In this document: positions 1 through 10,958 of the stretch, one piece after another | Layout: every line of letters begins with the position of its first letter | Position numbering within the stretch: position 1 is the first letter of the stretch | NCBI RefSeq assembly: GCF_038871235.1 | Contig: NZ_JAVZIN010000001.1 | Coordinates: forward strand, 1 to 64,000 | Source: Candidatus Hadarchaeum sp. | Lineage (GTDB): Archaea; Hadarchaeota; Hadarchaeia; Hadarchaeales; Hadarchaeaceae | Direction: 5' to 3' | Length of the DNA: 64,000 bases | The notes under the pieces: generated by a model | What the model saw: only the letters and a program-made list of their open reading frames with translations | What the model was told of the DNA's origin: nothing | The model's database searches: none | Program-made: the position numbers and the translations under genes

Positions 1-27
1 TATCGGTGGTGCGGTGAGCTTAGGAGC

Positions 28-1449
28 GTTTCAGTGAACAGCCTCATAAAGTGAGGATTGAAAGGATATGAAATGGCATAATCCGCAACATCTAAAATAG
101 GTTACAGTGAACAGCCTCATAAAGTGAGGATTGAAAGCTAAAAAGGCTATCGCATCACGACCAAAGTCCTTGAGTTTCAGTGAACAGCCTCATAAAGTGA
201 GGATTGAAAGAAACAACGGCGGGGGGGGCAAGGGGCGGGCGAGTGGTTTCAGTGAACAGCCTCATAAAGTGAGGATTGAAAGGTGGGTACCTCTGCCTTT
301 TCCAGCACGGCCATAGTGTTTCAGTGAACAGCCTCATAAAGTGAGGATTGAAAGCCCTATATCGCTTTTTCAATATAATATCGGAAATAGTTTCAGTGAA
401 CAGCCTCATAAAGTGAGGATTGAAAGTCGATGCCCCTTTCGTGAACCGTCTGTAACATTGGTTTCAGTGAACAGCCTCATAAAGTGAGGATTGAAAGAAG
501 TATGTTAAACAGACGACCCCTCCGCGCATCCCCGTTTCAGTGAACAGCCTCATAAAGTGAGGATTGAAAGCTCCTGCCACCGCCGCCAGCATCCCGCTAC
601 CGACCAGGTTTCAGTGAACAGCCTCATAAAGTGAGGATTGAAAGCTAAGGTACTTCTGGCGCCACAGGATAAAGATGTCCCGTTTCAGTGAACAGCCTCA
701 TAAAGTGAGGATTGAAAGACTGATAGCCCGCGTGCTCTGAATTTTGTAAAATTAGTTTCAGTGAACAGCCTCATAAAGTGAGGATTGAAAGAACAGAGGT
801 TTGGCTAATGGCCGTGCCCAACTTGGTGTTTCAGTGAACAGCCTCATAAAGTGAGGATTGAAAGGACAAACTATTTTCCCATCTTTGGAGCAATGTCGGC
901 TGTTTCAGTGAACAGCCTCATAAAGTGAGGATTGAAAGAACTATATCCGTGGGTTCCTCAACCCCCGAAGGTAGGTTTCAGTGAACAGCCTCATAAAGTG
1001 AGGATTGAAAGCCGATTATACGTATGTGTTCAAGTAGTGCGTTCTCGTTTCAGTGAACAGCCTCATAAAGTGAGGATTGAAAGAATTTTGCATAGCGGCC
1101 AACGTAAGTCATGGGGATCGTTTCAGTGAACAGCCTCATAAAGTGAGGATTGAAAGGCCCCGTACTGCCTGATAATGATGCCCACAAAACTGCGTTTCAG
1201 TGAACAGCCTCATAAAGTGAGGATTGAAAGTCAGTTTGATATTGGGTAGGTCGGCGTGGATGTTGGTTTCAGTGAACAGCCTCATAAAGTGAGGATTGAA
1301 AGAGAGGGACTGGCGTGCTGGCGAGCGTGTAAAAATCGAGGTTTCAGTGAACAGCCTCATAAAGTGAGGATTGAAAGCTGCCCATTCCTCAGGGCTCAGC
1401 TCCTCCATCTCCGTTTCAGTGAACAGCCTCATAAAGTGAGGATTGAAAG
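28..1449 (+). CRISPR. CRISPR array: 20 repeats of GTTTCAGTGAACAGCCTCATAAAGTGAGGATTGAAAG (37 bp), 19 complete spacers of 34-38 bp plus a partial spacer at 1-27; continues beyond the left window edge
   Basis: Exact direct repeats at 28, 101 (T4A variant), 174, 246 ... 1341, 1413. CCTCA/TGAGG hairpin followed by the 3' ATTGAAAG handle gives + orientation. Confidence 0.99.
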
Positions 1450-1501
1450 AAGATCATTGTCCTAGGCTCAGACAAAATTTCCATACTCCCGATCAAACGA
1501 G

Positions 1502-2869
1502 CTATTTGCCTTTCTTCACGATTTCTTTCAATATTTCAATTTTACCCTCAATTTTTTCCAATAGGATCTCAGTAGTTTTTCTATTCATCGGTGTGGAGAT
1601 GCAGAACATCCCCCGCGGCGAGATGAAGACATCTTCATTGAGCAGGGAGAAGAATAGCAGCTTGGAGGCAGCTTCGTTTGAGGTCATCGCCCTCCGGTAA
1701 TCCACGACTTCTTCGGCGGTGAAGTGGATGTGCCTCAGAGAACCAATCCCAGTCACTTGGGCGGCGATGCCTGCCTCCCAGAAGATTTTCTTCACTTCCT
1801 CGGCAAGAACCTCTCCGATGGCGTTGATCCTGTCGATGGCGGAAGCGTTCAACAGCTTCAGCGTCTCCAGTCCAGCCGCCATCGCCAACGCGTTGCCGTT
1901 AAATGTCCCCGCGTGGTGGATGAACTCCCGCCTCTCCGGTGAGAAGAGCTCCATGATTTCCCGGCGGCCGCCAAAGGCCCCAGCCGGCAGGTCCCCACCG
2001 ATCATCTTTCCCAGTGCAGTGAGGTCGGGGTTGACGCGGAAAAATTCCTGAGCCCCGCCCACGGCCAGCCTGGCCGTCATCACCTCGTCAAAGATCAGCA
2101 GGACATCGTTCTCCTCAGTGATCTCCCTCAATGACTGCAGGTAGCCTTCCTTGGGCGGTATCTGTCCCGCGATGCCCAGCATCGGCTCGACGATGACCGC
2201 AGCCAGCTCCTGCCCGTGTTCCTTGACGATTTTCTCAGCGGCTTCAGCGTTGTTGAACGGGGCCACCAAAACCTCTTTTACCACACTCTTCGGGATTCCC
2301 GGGCCATCGGGGAGACTCAGCGGACGCTCAGCAATCCCCGCCAGCTCCGGCCTCGGACGGGCGCTGATCTCGGCTTCCGGGTGGCTGCCGTGGTAGCCTC
2401 CCTCCATCTTCATGATTTTCTCCTTGCCGGTGTAGGCTCGGGCGGCCCGAATGGCCATCATGGTGGCCTCGGTGCCGGAGTTGCAGAACCTGATCATTTC
2501 CATGGATCTGAACCTACGGCAGATAACTTCGGCAAGGCGGTGCTGGAGTTCCATGGCAGCAGCGCCAGTCCAACCCTTCTCCAGCTGCTCCTCTATCGCG
2601 GCGACTATCCTTGGGTGGGCGTGACCGTGGACGGATGAGGTATAGTTGTTGACGAAGTCAAGGTATTTGTTGCCGTCCACATCGTAGATCCAGCAACCGC
2701 TAGCCCTTTTCATGACGAAGGGATAAGGGCTGAAGTAAACCACGCTGCGGGTGTTGCCTCCGGGCAGAAATCGGCTCGCCAGCTCGTGAATTCTTCTGGA
2801 GTTGGGAGTTCTTCTTCGGTACTCCTGCAGGCACTTCTGCAACGGGTCAGCAACGGGCATAAATTCCAC
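1502..2869 (-). CDS. Class III PLP aminotransferase, glutamate-1-semialdehyde aminomutase-like
   Basis: PGGNTR, NSGTEA, GGYHG, LIFDEVMT, LGKMIGG, AGTFNGN motifs. Confidence 0.85.
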   Translation of the reverse strand: MEFMPVADPLQKCLQEYRRRTPNSRRIHELASRFLPGGNTRSVVYFSPYPFVMKRASGCWIYDVDGNKYLDFVNNYTSSVHGHAHPRIVAAIEEQLEKGWTGAAAMELQHRLAEVICRRFRSMEMIRFCNSGTEATMMAIRAARAYTGKEKIMKMEGGYHGSHPEAEISARPRPELAGIAERPLSLPDGPGIPKSVVKEVLVAPFNNAEAAEKIVKEHGQELAAVIVEPMLGIAGQIPPKEGYLQSLREITEENDVLLIFDEVMTARLAVGGAQEFFRVNPDLTALGKMIGGDLPAGAFGGRREIMELFSPERREFIHHAGTFNGNALAMAAGLETLKLLNASAIDRINAIGEVLAEEVKKIFWEAGIAAQVTGIGSLRHIHFTAEEVVDYRRAMTSNEAASKLLFFSLLNEDVFISPRGMFCISTPMNRKTTEILLEKIEGKIEILKEIVKKGK

Positions 2870-2924
2870 TAATTTATTTCACCTATAAAACTTTAGAGCA
2901 GCTCTAACTAAATGCTAGTGAAAG

Positions 2925-4091
2925 TTAAGGAAGCTTTGCCGCTGACTCGCACACCGCTTGGGCAACCTTTCGGGCAATTTTTCTGTTCACCGCTTGTGGC
3001 AGGATTCTACCCGCGCTAAGCTCCCTTTTTCCCACTAGCCCGGCAATGGCCTCGGCGGCCGCGATCTTCATCTCATCCGTCACCGCTTTGGCCCGGGCGT
3101 CGAGCAGGCCCCGGAAGAAGCCCGGGAAGACGAGGAGGTTGTTGGCTTGGTTGGGGAACTGAGAGCTGCCAGTGGCGACCACGCTGGCGCCGGCCCTTCG
3201 GGCCTCATCGGGAAGTATCTCTGGGTCGGGATTGGTCAGGGCAAAGACGATAGGGTTCCTAGCCATGCTCCTTATCATCTCCGCGTTGAGCAGATTGGGG
3301 ACTGCGGAGACGCCGATGAAGACATCCGCGCCCTTCAGGGCATCAACCAGTCCACCGGTGATGTTTTCCGGATTGGTGATCTTGGCCAGCGCCTCCTTGA
3401 ACCGGTTCATTCCCTCCTTCCTGCCCCGGTAAATGATTCCCTTAGAGTCCACCACGATGATTCTTCTCGCCCCCACCTTGTGCAGAATTCTGGCAATTTC
3501 ATAACCAGCCGAGCCCGCACCGGCGATGATGATGGTCACCTCCTCAAGCTTTTTCCCCACCACCTTCAGCGCGTTGGTGAGCCCGGCGAGGGTGACCACG
3601 GCGGTACCGTCCCCATCGTCGTGGAAAACAGGAATGTTCAGCTCCTTGACCAACCTCTCCTTGATTTCGAGCACCTTAGGGGTCTCGATGTCCTCGAGGT
3701 TAATGCCGCCGAAGTTAGGTGAGACCGCCTTGACGACTTTGACGATTTCTTCCGCGTCCTGCGTGGACAGGCACAGGGGCACCGCGTCCACACCACCGAA
3801 CTCCTTGAACAGCGCCGCCTTGCCCTCCATCACGGGCAGAGCCGCTTCAGCCCCGATGTTGCCCAGACCCAGCACCCGACTGCCGTCGGTGACCACGGCG
3901 ATGGTGTTCCACTTGGAGGTGTAGTCAAAGATGCTCTCCGGATTCTTGGTGATTTCCCGGCTGACCTCGGCGACTCCCGGGGTGTAGGCGAGCACTAGGT
4001 CTTTCTGGGTCTTCAGCGGCACCTTTACCAAAGTGGCAATTTTGCCCCGAAACTTACGGTGCCGGGCCAGCGCCTCTTCCTTCAAGCTCAT
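2925..4091 (-). CDS. NAD(P)-dependent malic enzyme
   Basis: LAYTPGVA, VMEGKA, INLEDI, FHDD, GAGSAG, NPDPEI motifs. Confidence 0.92.
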   Translation of the reverse strand: MSLKEEALARHRKFRGKIATLVKVPLKTQKDLVLAYTPGVAEVSREITKNPESIFDYTSKWNTIAVVTDGSRVLGLGNIGAEAALPVMEGKAALFKEFGGVDAVPLCLSTQDAEEIVKVVKAVSPNFGGINLEDIETPKVLEIKERLVKELNIPVFHDDGDGTAVVTLAGLTNALKVVGKKLEEVTIIIAGAGSAGYEIARILHKVGARRIIVVDSKGIIYRGRKEGMNRFKEALAKITNPENITGGLVDALKGADVFIGVSAVPNLLNAEMIRSMARNPIVFALTNPDPEILPDEARRAGASVVATGSSQFPNQANNLLVFPGFFRGLLDARAKAVTDEMKIAAAEAIAGLVGKRELSAGRILPQAVNRKIARKVAQAVCESAAKLP

Positions 4092-4093
4092 GA

Positions 4094-4753
4094 TTATCCA
4101 TCCTCGCGGGAAATTTCATGGACATCGTTGATAACATCCATTATGGCGCACTCGAGCAGCTTTTCCCCCAAATACCTATCTATCCTGAGTCCCAGCTTCT
4201 CCACTTCCCGGGCCTGCTCCTCCGCCCAGCTGTATTTCTCCCGGACACCTTTCATCCCGATGAAGGCCACCTCAGGATATCTGGAGAAGTCAGAGTGTTC
4301 GGACAGCTTCGATTCATCCACGATTCCAATGGCGGCCCCCATGCTGAGTTCACCGGTGCCCGCGTGCGGCCCCTCAAGGTCAATGATGGTGTTGTTGAAG
4401 TAAAGTCGCATGCCTAGCTCCTCCTCCAGCATCGGTATCCAATTCCGCAGGATCCCGTTGCCGCCGTGGCCGTTGACGATGACGACCCGGTCGATACCCA
4501 GCTCCTGCTTGGCGTAGAGCAGCGCCCGGCGGAGCTCATCCTTGACTTGATCCAGCGTCTGATGCTCGCCTGTGTTTATTTCCGGGAGTTCGTAGGATGA
4601 GCTGAGCACCCCCAGAAACCTCGCCCCGGTGCGCTGCGCTGCCTCCTGCGCCACGTGGGAAGCCAGCCGGGCGTCGGTGTCGGGTGGAAGGGCTGCCCCA
4701 TGCCTCTCTTGGTGCGAGCCCAGCGCCAGAATGCCGACTCCGCCCAACCTCAC
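4094..4753 (-). CDS. arfB: FAPy-nucleotide deformylase ArfB (creatininase family)
   Basis: GSHQERHGAALPPDTD, VNGHGGN, HAGTGE motifs; last gene of the rib operon. Confidence 0.9.
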   Translation of the reverse strand: MRLGGVGILALGSHQERHGAALPPDTDARLASHVAQEAAQRTGARFLGVLSSSYELPEINTGEHQTLDQVKDELRRALLYAKQELGIDRVVIVNGHGGNGILRNWIPMLEEELGMRLYFNNTIIDLEGPHAGTGELSMGAAIGIVDESKLSEHSDFSRYPEVAFIGMKGVREKYSWAEEQAREVEKLGLRIDRYLGEKLLECAIMDVINDVHEISREDG

Positions 4754-5163
4754 ACCTTCTCCAGACGCTTGACCATCTTGACCGCGGCCTCCACGGATCT
4801 TCGGGCGTAGTCGGTTACTCTCTCCAAGGCCTGCAGGCGTGTCATCCCGGGGCCGGAGATGCCGAGCGTGACTGGCTTGCCATATTCTATGGAGAGGTCG
4901 ATGAGTTTTCTCGCCGCGTGCTGCATCACTATCTCATCGTGTTCAGTTTCCCCCTCGATAACAGCCCCCAACGTCACCACAGCATCGACATCGTTCCTCT
5001 GGACCAACTTCTTGGCCGCCAAGGGCAGGTCGTAGACCCCGGGGACGATGACTTCGGCGACGATCTGCGCCCCAAGGAATTCAGCGTGTCTCTTGGCGAA
5101 CTCGATCATCGGCGAGACGATGTCGAAGTTGAACTCCGTGGCCGCTAGACCCAGCTTTACCAA
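4750..5163 (-). CDS. ribH: 6,7-dimethyl-8-ribityllumazine synthase
   Basis: EFN, VPGVYDLP, LGAVIEGETEH, PVTLGI motifs. Confidence 0.97.
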   Translation of the reverse strand: MVKLGLAATEFNFDIVSPMIEFAKRHAEFLGAQIVAEVIVPGVYDLPLAAKKLVQRNDVDAVVTLGAVIEGETEHDEIVMQHAARKLIDLSIEYGKPVTLGISGPGMTRLQALERVTDYARRSVEAAVKMVKRLEKV

Positions 5164-5167
5164 TTTG

Positions 5168-6302
<1,135 letters not shown>

Positions 6303-6306
<4 letters not shown>

Positions 6307-6965
6307 AGGAACACCTCCACCTTGACCGGGTCGCCGTCCTTCAGGCCCATGCTCTTCCTCAGGTTGATCGGGGCAATGATCTCTATGATATCGGTGTGGT
6401 GAGTTCGGTTGGGGATGACCAAGGCTCCTTTTTCACCTTTCAGCTTGGAGGGAAAGAGCTTCACCGGGCCGAAGGTTCTCTCACTGGTCTTGAACCCGGG
6501 CACCTGTTTTGACGGCAACTTTGTCAGCGTTTCCTTAAGCTCCACAGATGTCCGGTCGAGCTTGATGTCTAGGGTACCGGGGTAGGGCAGAAAGCCGAGT
6601 TCCCTTTTGAACTGCTCCGAGTAGCCCGGATGTCCCACATAATAGCTACCTTCGCCCATCCCGGTGACCACGCGGCCGGTGAGAATCATTTTGGCCGGCT
6701 TCTGTTTTAGTATCTTCTCCAGTTCCTGGTGCATCGCCCGCAGTGCTGACATTCCTGTAGGGGTTATTCTGATGAACTGTCCTCGGGGCTCCACCCGGCG
6801 GGAAATCAGCGACTGTTCTTCCAGCTCGGTCAGCTTTCTAATGACGGTCTGCTTTGACATTCCCAAGCGTTTGCTCAGCGAACTGGATGAAATTCTAATT
6901 TCTTCCCTCGTCGCCCCCTCCCCAGCCAGAAGCATCAGCAGCTCGATCCAAGTCTTCTCGGGCAT
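6303..6965 (-). CDS. ribK: CTP-dependent riboflavin kinase with N-terminal winged HTH (RbkR-type bifunctional regulator)
   Basis: N-terminal HTH (SKRLGMSKQTVIRKL); GRVVTGMGEG, PYPGTL, EIIAPINLR motifs. Confidence 0.95.
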
Positions 6966-7006
6966 ACCTACCTCTATGAACGGATGTGCTGCCTCCTTTT
7001 AAAGCT

Positions 7007-7039
7007 TTCCAAAAATGGAACACGTCTAAAAATTGGAAC
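7007..7039. promoter_or_regulatory. Tandem near-palindromes, candidate RbkR operator next to the rib operon TATA box
   Basis: TTCCA-AAAA-TGGAA (7007-7020) and the similar GTCTAAAAATTGGAAC (7024-7039), adjacent to minus-strand TTTAAAA. Confidence 0.45.
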
Positions 7040-7104
7040 AATATGGGGAAAGCGTTGGTGTGGTATTTTCCCTTTCCAGCAACCTTTAAGAGAGGCTCGA
7101 TAAA

Positions 7105-8355
7105 ATGACGTTGGGTGATAGGATAGAGGATTTACCCACGCTGGATGAGGTTGATGTTAAGGATAAGACGGTAATCGTGAGGATTGATATCAACTCGCCT
7201 ATGGATCCCGCGACCGGAAAGATTTTGGATGACACTAGGATCAGGGCCTCGGCGGTGACGATAAAGGAGCTGGCTTCAAGGGGCGCCAAGCTGGTGTTGC
7301 TCGCCCACCAAGGCCGTTTGGGTGATGATGATTTCACCACCTTGGAGCAACATGCCGAACTCTTGAGCCGGGCGACTGGAATAAAGGTGAAGTACCTCAA
7401 GGATCTCTTCTACGGGGAACCAGTGGCCCAAGCGATAAAGGAAATGAAACCCGGTGATGTCATTTTGCTGGAAAATGTTCGCTATCTGGCCGAGGAACCC
7501 GTGGCCCGCCCGATGGAAGAGCAGGCCAAGACTAGGCTGGTCAAGAACCTAGCCCCTCTGGCGCAGATTTTTGTCAACGATGCTTTTGCCGCGGCCCAAA
7601 GGCCTCACGCCTCGATAATCGGGTTTGCCGCGGTGTTGCCCGCCTACGCCGGCAGGGTGATGGAGAAAGAGGTCAAGGGAATGACTCGGGCATTGAACCC
7701 CGAGCACCCCTGCGTTTACATGCTCGGCGGAGCCAAGGTCGAGGACACGGTAAAAATCCTAGAACACTCGCTCAAGAAGGGACTGGTAGACACGGTCCTA
7801 ACCGGCGGGCTGCTGGCTAACATCTTCCTCATGGTCTCTGGAAGGGACATCGGCGGCCCCAACGTCAAGCTGATTTCTGACAAGAGCTACCTCAAGCTGG
7901 TTGACCGCGCCAAGGCGATCTATGCCAACCACGCCTACCTGATAAAGACCCCATTGGACTTCGTCGTCGATGTTCAGGGCAAGCCCAAAGTAATTATGGT
8001 TGAGGAGCTGCCGATGAACGTGGAACTGCTCGACGTGGGCCCGAAGACCATTGCCTACTACTCCAAGTTTCTGGCTGAGGCCAAGACGATAGTTGTTAAG
8101 GGGCCGATGGGTGTTTTTGAGAGGAAGGGCTACGAACGTGGTACCTTGGAGCTGTACCGAGCGGCAGCCAACTCCAAGGCCTTTAAGATCTTCGGCGGCG
8201 GCCACACCGTTACTATCGTCAACGAGGCGGGTGTGGCAAGCAAGATAGACCACGTGAGCACAGGCGGGGGAGCGGCCGTGAGCTTCCTCTCCGGAGAACC
8301 GATGCCGGGAATAGAGGCGTTGCTTTATTCCAAACGACTTAGACAAGGGAGATAA
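7105..8355 (+). CDS. pgk: Phosphoglycerate kinase
   Basis: VRIDINSP, LAHQGR, LLENVR, NDAF, GGAKVED, GPMGVFE, HVSTGGGA motifs. Confidence 0.98.
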   Translation: MTLGDRIEDLPTLDEVDVKDKTVIVRIDINSPMDPATGKILDDTRIRASAVTIKELASRGAKLVLLAHQGRLGDDDFTTLEQHAELLSRATGIKVKYLKDLFYGEPVAQAIKEMKPGDVILLENVRYLAEEPVARPMEEQAKTRLVKNLAPLAQIFVNDAFAAAQRPHASIIGFAAVLPAYAGRVMEKEVKGMTRALNPEHPCVYMLGGAKVEDTVKILEHSLKKGLVDTVLTGGLLANIFLMVSGRDIGGPNVKLISDKSYLKLVDRAKAIYANHAYLIKTPLDFVVDVQGKPKVIMVEELPMNVELLDVGPKTIAYYSKFLAEAKTIVVKGPMGVFERKGYERGTLELYRAAANSKAFKIFGGGHTVTIVNEAGVASKIDHVSTGGGAAVSFLSGEPMPGIEALLYSKRLRQGR

Positions 8356-8358
8356 TTT

Positions 8359-9684
8359 TTGAGGATTGTCATCGTTGGCTTTCAGTCGGCGGGTCTGACG
8401 GCGGCGGCCACGGCCAGGCTCTATAATCGAGAGGCAAAAATCACCGTAATTGAGCGCAGGAGCTACGCCACCTACCATCCTTGCGGGCTTCCTTTTGTCA
8501 TCGGCGGCGAAGTTCCGGAGCTTCGCGATTTGGTGGAGACCGCGCCGAGGCTGCAGGGAATCGATGTGCGTTTGGGCGTTGAAGCCAAGGCCATCAATGT
8601 TAAAGAAAAGACAGTGGAGGTTCTTGACCTCAAGACGCTTCAGGTGGAGAAGATACCTTATGATAAGCTGATTCTGGCCACCGGTAGCGTGGCCCTGAGG
8701 CCGCCGATTCCAGGGATAAATCTGGGCAATGTGTTCAGCCTGAGGACGATTGAGGATGGCGAGAAAATCCTCTCAGCATTGCCAAACTCAAGAAAGGCCG
8801 TGGTGGTCGGAGCTGGCCCCATCGGCGTGGAGACTGCCAGTGCCCTGAAGGAACGAGGGTTGGATGTGGTTCTAATTGAGATGATGCCCAATGTCCTGCC
8901 TGGGATGCTCGATCCGGATATGGCAGGGATAGTGGCCGAGCGCCTTGTCAAGTCCGGGGTTCGCGTCATCTGCTCCAAGGCGGTGAAGGAGCTGCGCGGC
9001 GTGGAAAGGGTCAGCTCAGTAGTTCTGGAGGGGGAGGAGATTCCGACCGATCTAGTGGTAATGGCGATAGGCGTTAAGCCGGACGTTGAGCTTGCCGTGA
9101 GAGCCGGTCTGGCGCTGGGACCGACGAAGACAATAGCGGTTGACGATCATCTCCGGACCAGCAATCCAGATATCTTCGCGATAGGCGATTGTGCTGAAGC
9201 CCGCTGTCTGATCACCAAGAGACCGGTCAGGAGCCAGCTGGCCACCACCGCTATCAGAATGGGCAGGGTTGCTGGGATTAACGCCGCTGGAGGGGATGAA
9301 ATTTTTGACGGTGTTTTGAATGCCGTTGTCACCATCGCTGGCGGATTGGAAGTTGCCTCGGTAGGATTGACCGCGACCGTGGCTGGGGAGGCAGGGATTG
9401 AAGCCGTCTCAGCGCGGGTGAGATGCCTCAACAAACCACATTATTTCCCGGGAGCTGAACCGGTGATGATCAAGCTGGTCGCGGAGAGAAAGGGACAGAG
9501 GCTTCTGGGCGGTCAGTTCCTCGGTACCGGTGCCGCGGAGCGGGCCAACAGGCTGGCGCTGGCGATCAGGAAGGAAATGACGGCAAAGGAGTTCTCCAAA
9601 GTTGATTACTGCTATGCACCGCCGGTGAGCGACAGCATCGATCCCATGGTGGTGGCGGCTGAGGCGCTACTGCGGAGAAGGTAA
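8359..9684 (+). CDS. FAD-dependent pyridine nucleotide-disulfide oxidoreductase (NADH oxidase / CoA-disulfide reductase family)
   Basis: YHPCGLP redox Cys, ATG, VVGAGPIG, AIGDC, YAPP motifs. Confidence 0.9.
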   Translation: MRIVIVGFQSAGLTAAATARLYNREAKITVIERRSYATYHPCGLPFVIGGEVPELRDLVETAPRLQGIDVRLGVEAKAINVKEKTVEVLDLKTLQVEKIPYDKLILATGSVALRPPIPGINLGNVFSLRTIEDGEKILSALPNSRKAVVVGAGPIGVETASALKERGLDVVLIEMMPNVLPGMLDPDMAGIVAERLVKSGVRVICSKAVKELRGVERVSSVVLEGEEIPTDLVVMAIGVKPDVELAVRAGLALGPTKTIAVDDHLRTSNPDIFAIGDCAEARCLITKRPVRSQLATTAIRMGRVAGINAAGGDEIFDGVLNAVVTIAGGLEVASVGLTATVAGEAGIEAVSARVRCLNKPHYFPGAEPVMIKLVAERKGQRLLGGQFLGTGAAERANRLALAIRKEMTAKEFSKVDYCYAPPVSDSIDPMVVAAEALLRRR

Positions 9685-9693
9685 GCGGAGATC

Positions 9694-10251
9694 ATGCTGG
9701 TGATTGAGCATCTGGAGCCGAAGCTCAGCGAGTGGCTTTTCATCGAGTATTCCAACTCGGCGAGGATCGCTGGAGAGGACTTGTTGATAACCAACGTCAG
9801 AAGGGCCACCGATTATCGAAAGCTATCCCAGATCACAAGGGTAGAGAGAAAAAGCGCGCTTGAGCTTTTCCAGCAGGATGAGATAATAGTACTGGATCCT
9901 TTGGCCAGAAAACCATTTTCACCGGAAGACCTCGAGAGCAGATCCTTGGTTCTGATCGGAGGAATCTTGGGAAATGATCCGCCCTTGGGTCGGACGAGAG
10001 AACTGCTGTCCAAGAAGTTGTCCCGGGCCTTAAAGCGCAATATCGGCCGGCACCAGTTCGCCATCGATGGGGCGGTCCACGTCGCCAAGCAGATAATCTC
10101 GGGAAAGAAGTTGGAGGAGATACCGGTCCAGGTGGGTTTGGAAGTGCCGATTGAGCCGGGATATTCGAACATTCTCCCCTATGCCTTTCCGCTGGTTGGG
10201 GGAAAACCGTTGATCGCGGCCGAACTCATCGATTATCTCAGGAGACATTGA
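9694..10251 (+). CDS. SPOUT-class methyltransferase (Sfm1/DUF431-like)
   Basis: VIEHLE...W..IEY, LDP, IGGILG.DPP.GRT, QFAIDGAV motifs. Confidence 0.85.
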   Translation: MLVIEHLEPKLSEWLFIEYSNSARIAGEDLLITNVRRATDYRKLSQITRVERKSALELFQQDEIIVLDPLARKPFSPEDLESRSLVLIGGILGNDPPLGRTRELLSKKLSRALKRNIGRHQFAIDGAVHVAKQIISGKKLEEIPVQVGLEVPIEPGYSNILPYAFPLVGGKPLIAAELIDYLRRH

Positions 10252-10315
10252 GCGAAGACGAGAAGGATAGGAAAAAGCAAATAGATTAATGCTGGAGCCG
10301 GGAAATAATTTCGGT

Positions 10316-10450
10316 AGCCCGGTGGGGTAGACCGATTAAGATCGGGCCCAATGGTCAATCCTGCGGGCCTTTGGAGCCTGCGACGGCGGAGGGATATCCC
10401 GCCGAATTCGAAAGTCGACGGGTCGACCGAAGTTCCGCCCCGGGCTACCA
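10316..10450 (+). tRNA. tRNA-Gln(UUG) with three BHB introns (15/16: 10331-10351; 53/54: 10390-10406; 59/60: 10413-10433)
   Basis: Spliced product AGCCCGGTGGGGTAG-TGGTCAATCCTGCGGGCCTTTGGAGCCTGCGACGGCGG-TTCGAA-TCCGCCCCGGGCTACCA is a 76-nt cloverleaf with A1-U72 and encoded CCA. Confidence 0.93.
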
Positions 10451-10529
10451 CAAAATTTTTCAACGTCCCTTGACCGAAAGTCAGGTCCGTCAATCTTTTT
10501 TGCAGCCACGCCACCTTTAACTTGGTAAT

Positions 10530-10958
10530 GTGATGAAGGGAGAACTCCGTTTCATCGGGACTGTGGAGAGGATTGAGAACGAGGAGGCGGAGATCGCCAT
10601 TTTTCCCGAGTTTTGTCCCGGCCTCAGGGGCATCGAAAACTACTCCCACCTGATAATCCTTTATTGGCTTCACCAGCGGGATACCGCCGAACAGAGGCAG
10701 GTTCTGCAGGTTATACCCAAAAGACACCCTGGGGCACCTCTGGTCGGTGTCTTCGCCTCACGGAGCCCCACTAGACCTAACCCCATCGGCATGTGTGTGG
10801 TGGAGCTCATCAGGGTGGAGAACTGCAGGTTATGCGTGAAGGGTTTGGATGCGGTTGAGGGGTCCCCGATCGTCGATATCAAACCTTATCTGCCTCGGGC
10901 TGACTCGGTTCCCGGAGCAAGGGCGCCCGAGTGGATGTCCCACGGACCGACCACCTAG
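10530..10958 (+). CDS. tsaA: tRNA t6A37 N6-methyltransferase TrmO/TsaA family
   Basis: YSHLIILYWLH, GVFASRSPTRPNPIG, GLDAVEGSPIVDIKPY motifs. Confidence 0.93.
   Translation: MMKGELRFIGTVERIENEEAEIAIFPEFCPGLRGIENYSHLIILYWLHQRDTAEQRQVLQVIPKRHPGAPLVGVFASRSPTRPNPIGMCVVELIRVENCRLCVKGLDAVEGSPIVDIKPYLPRADSVPGARAPEWMSHGPTT

Noticed and set aside
65-1412. Self-targeting spacers
   Set aside because: No convincing spacer match was found within this window by eye; a proper alignment search is needed.
131-1465. Repetitive ORFs (FSEQPHKVRIE / FNPHFMRLFTET)
   Set aside because: They are translations of CRISPR repeats, not proteins.
1478-1512. Possible degenerate terminal repeat ATTTCCATACTCCCCGATCAAACGAGCTATTTG
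   Set aside because: Similarity to the repeat is too weak, the spacer distance is short, and it overlaps the neighbouring stop codon.
10233-10727. ORFs overlapping the tRNA loci (also 12216-12416, 17975-18172, 61459-61787)
   Set aside because: Shadow ORFs of GC-rich tRNA and intron sequence.
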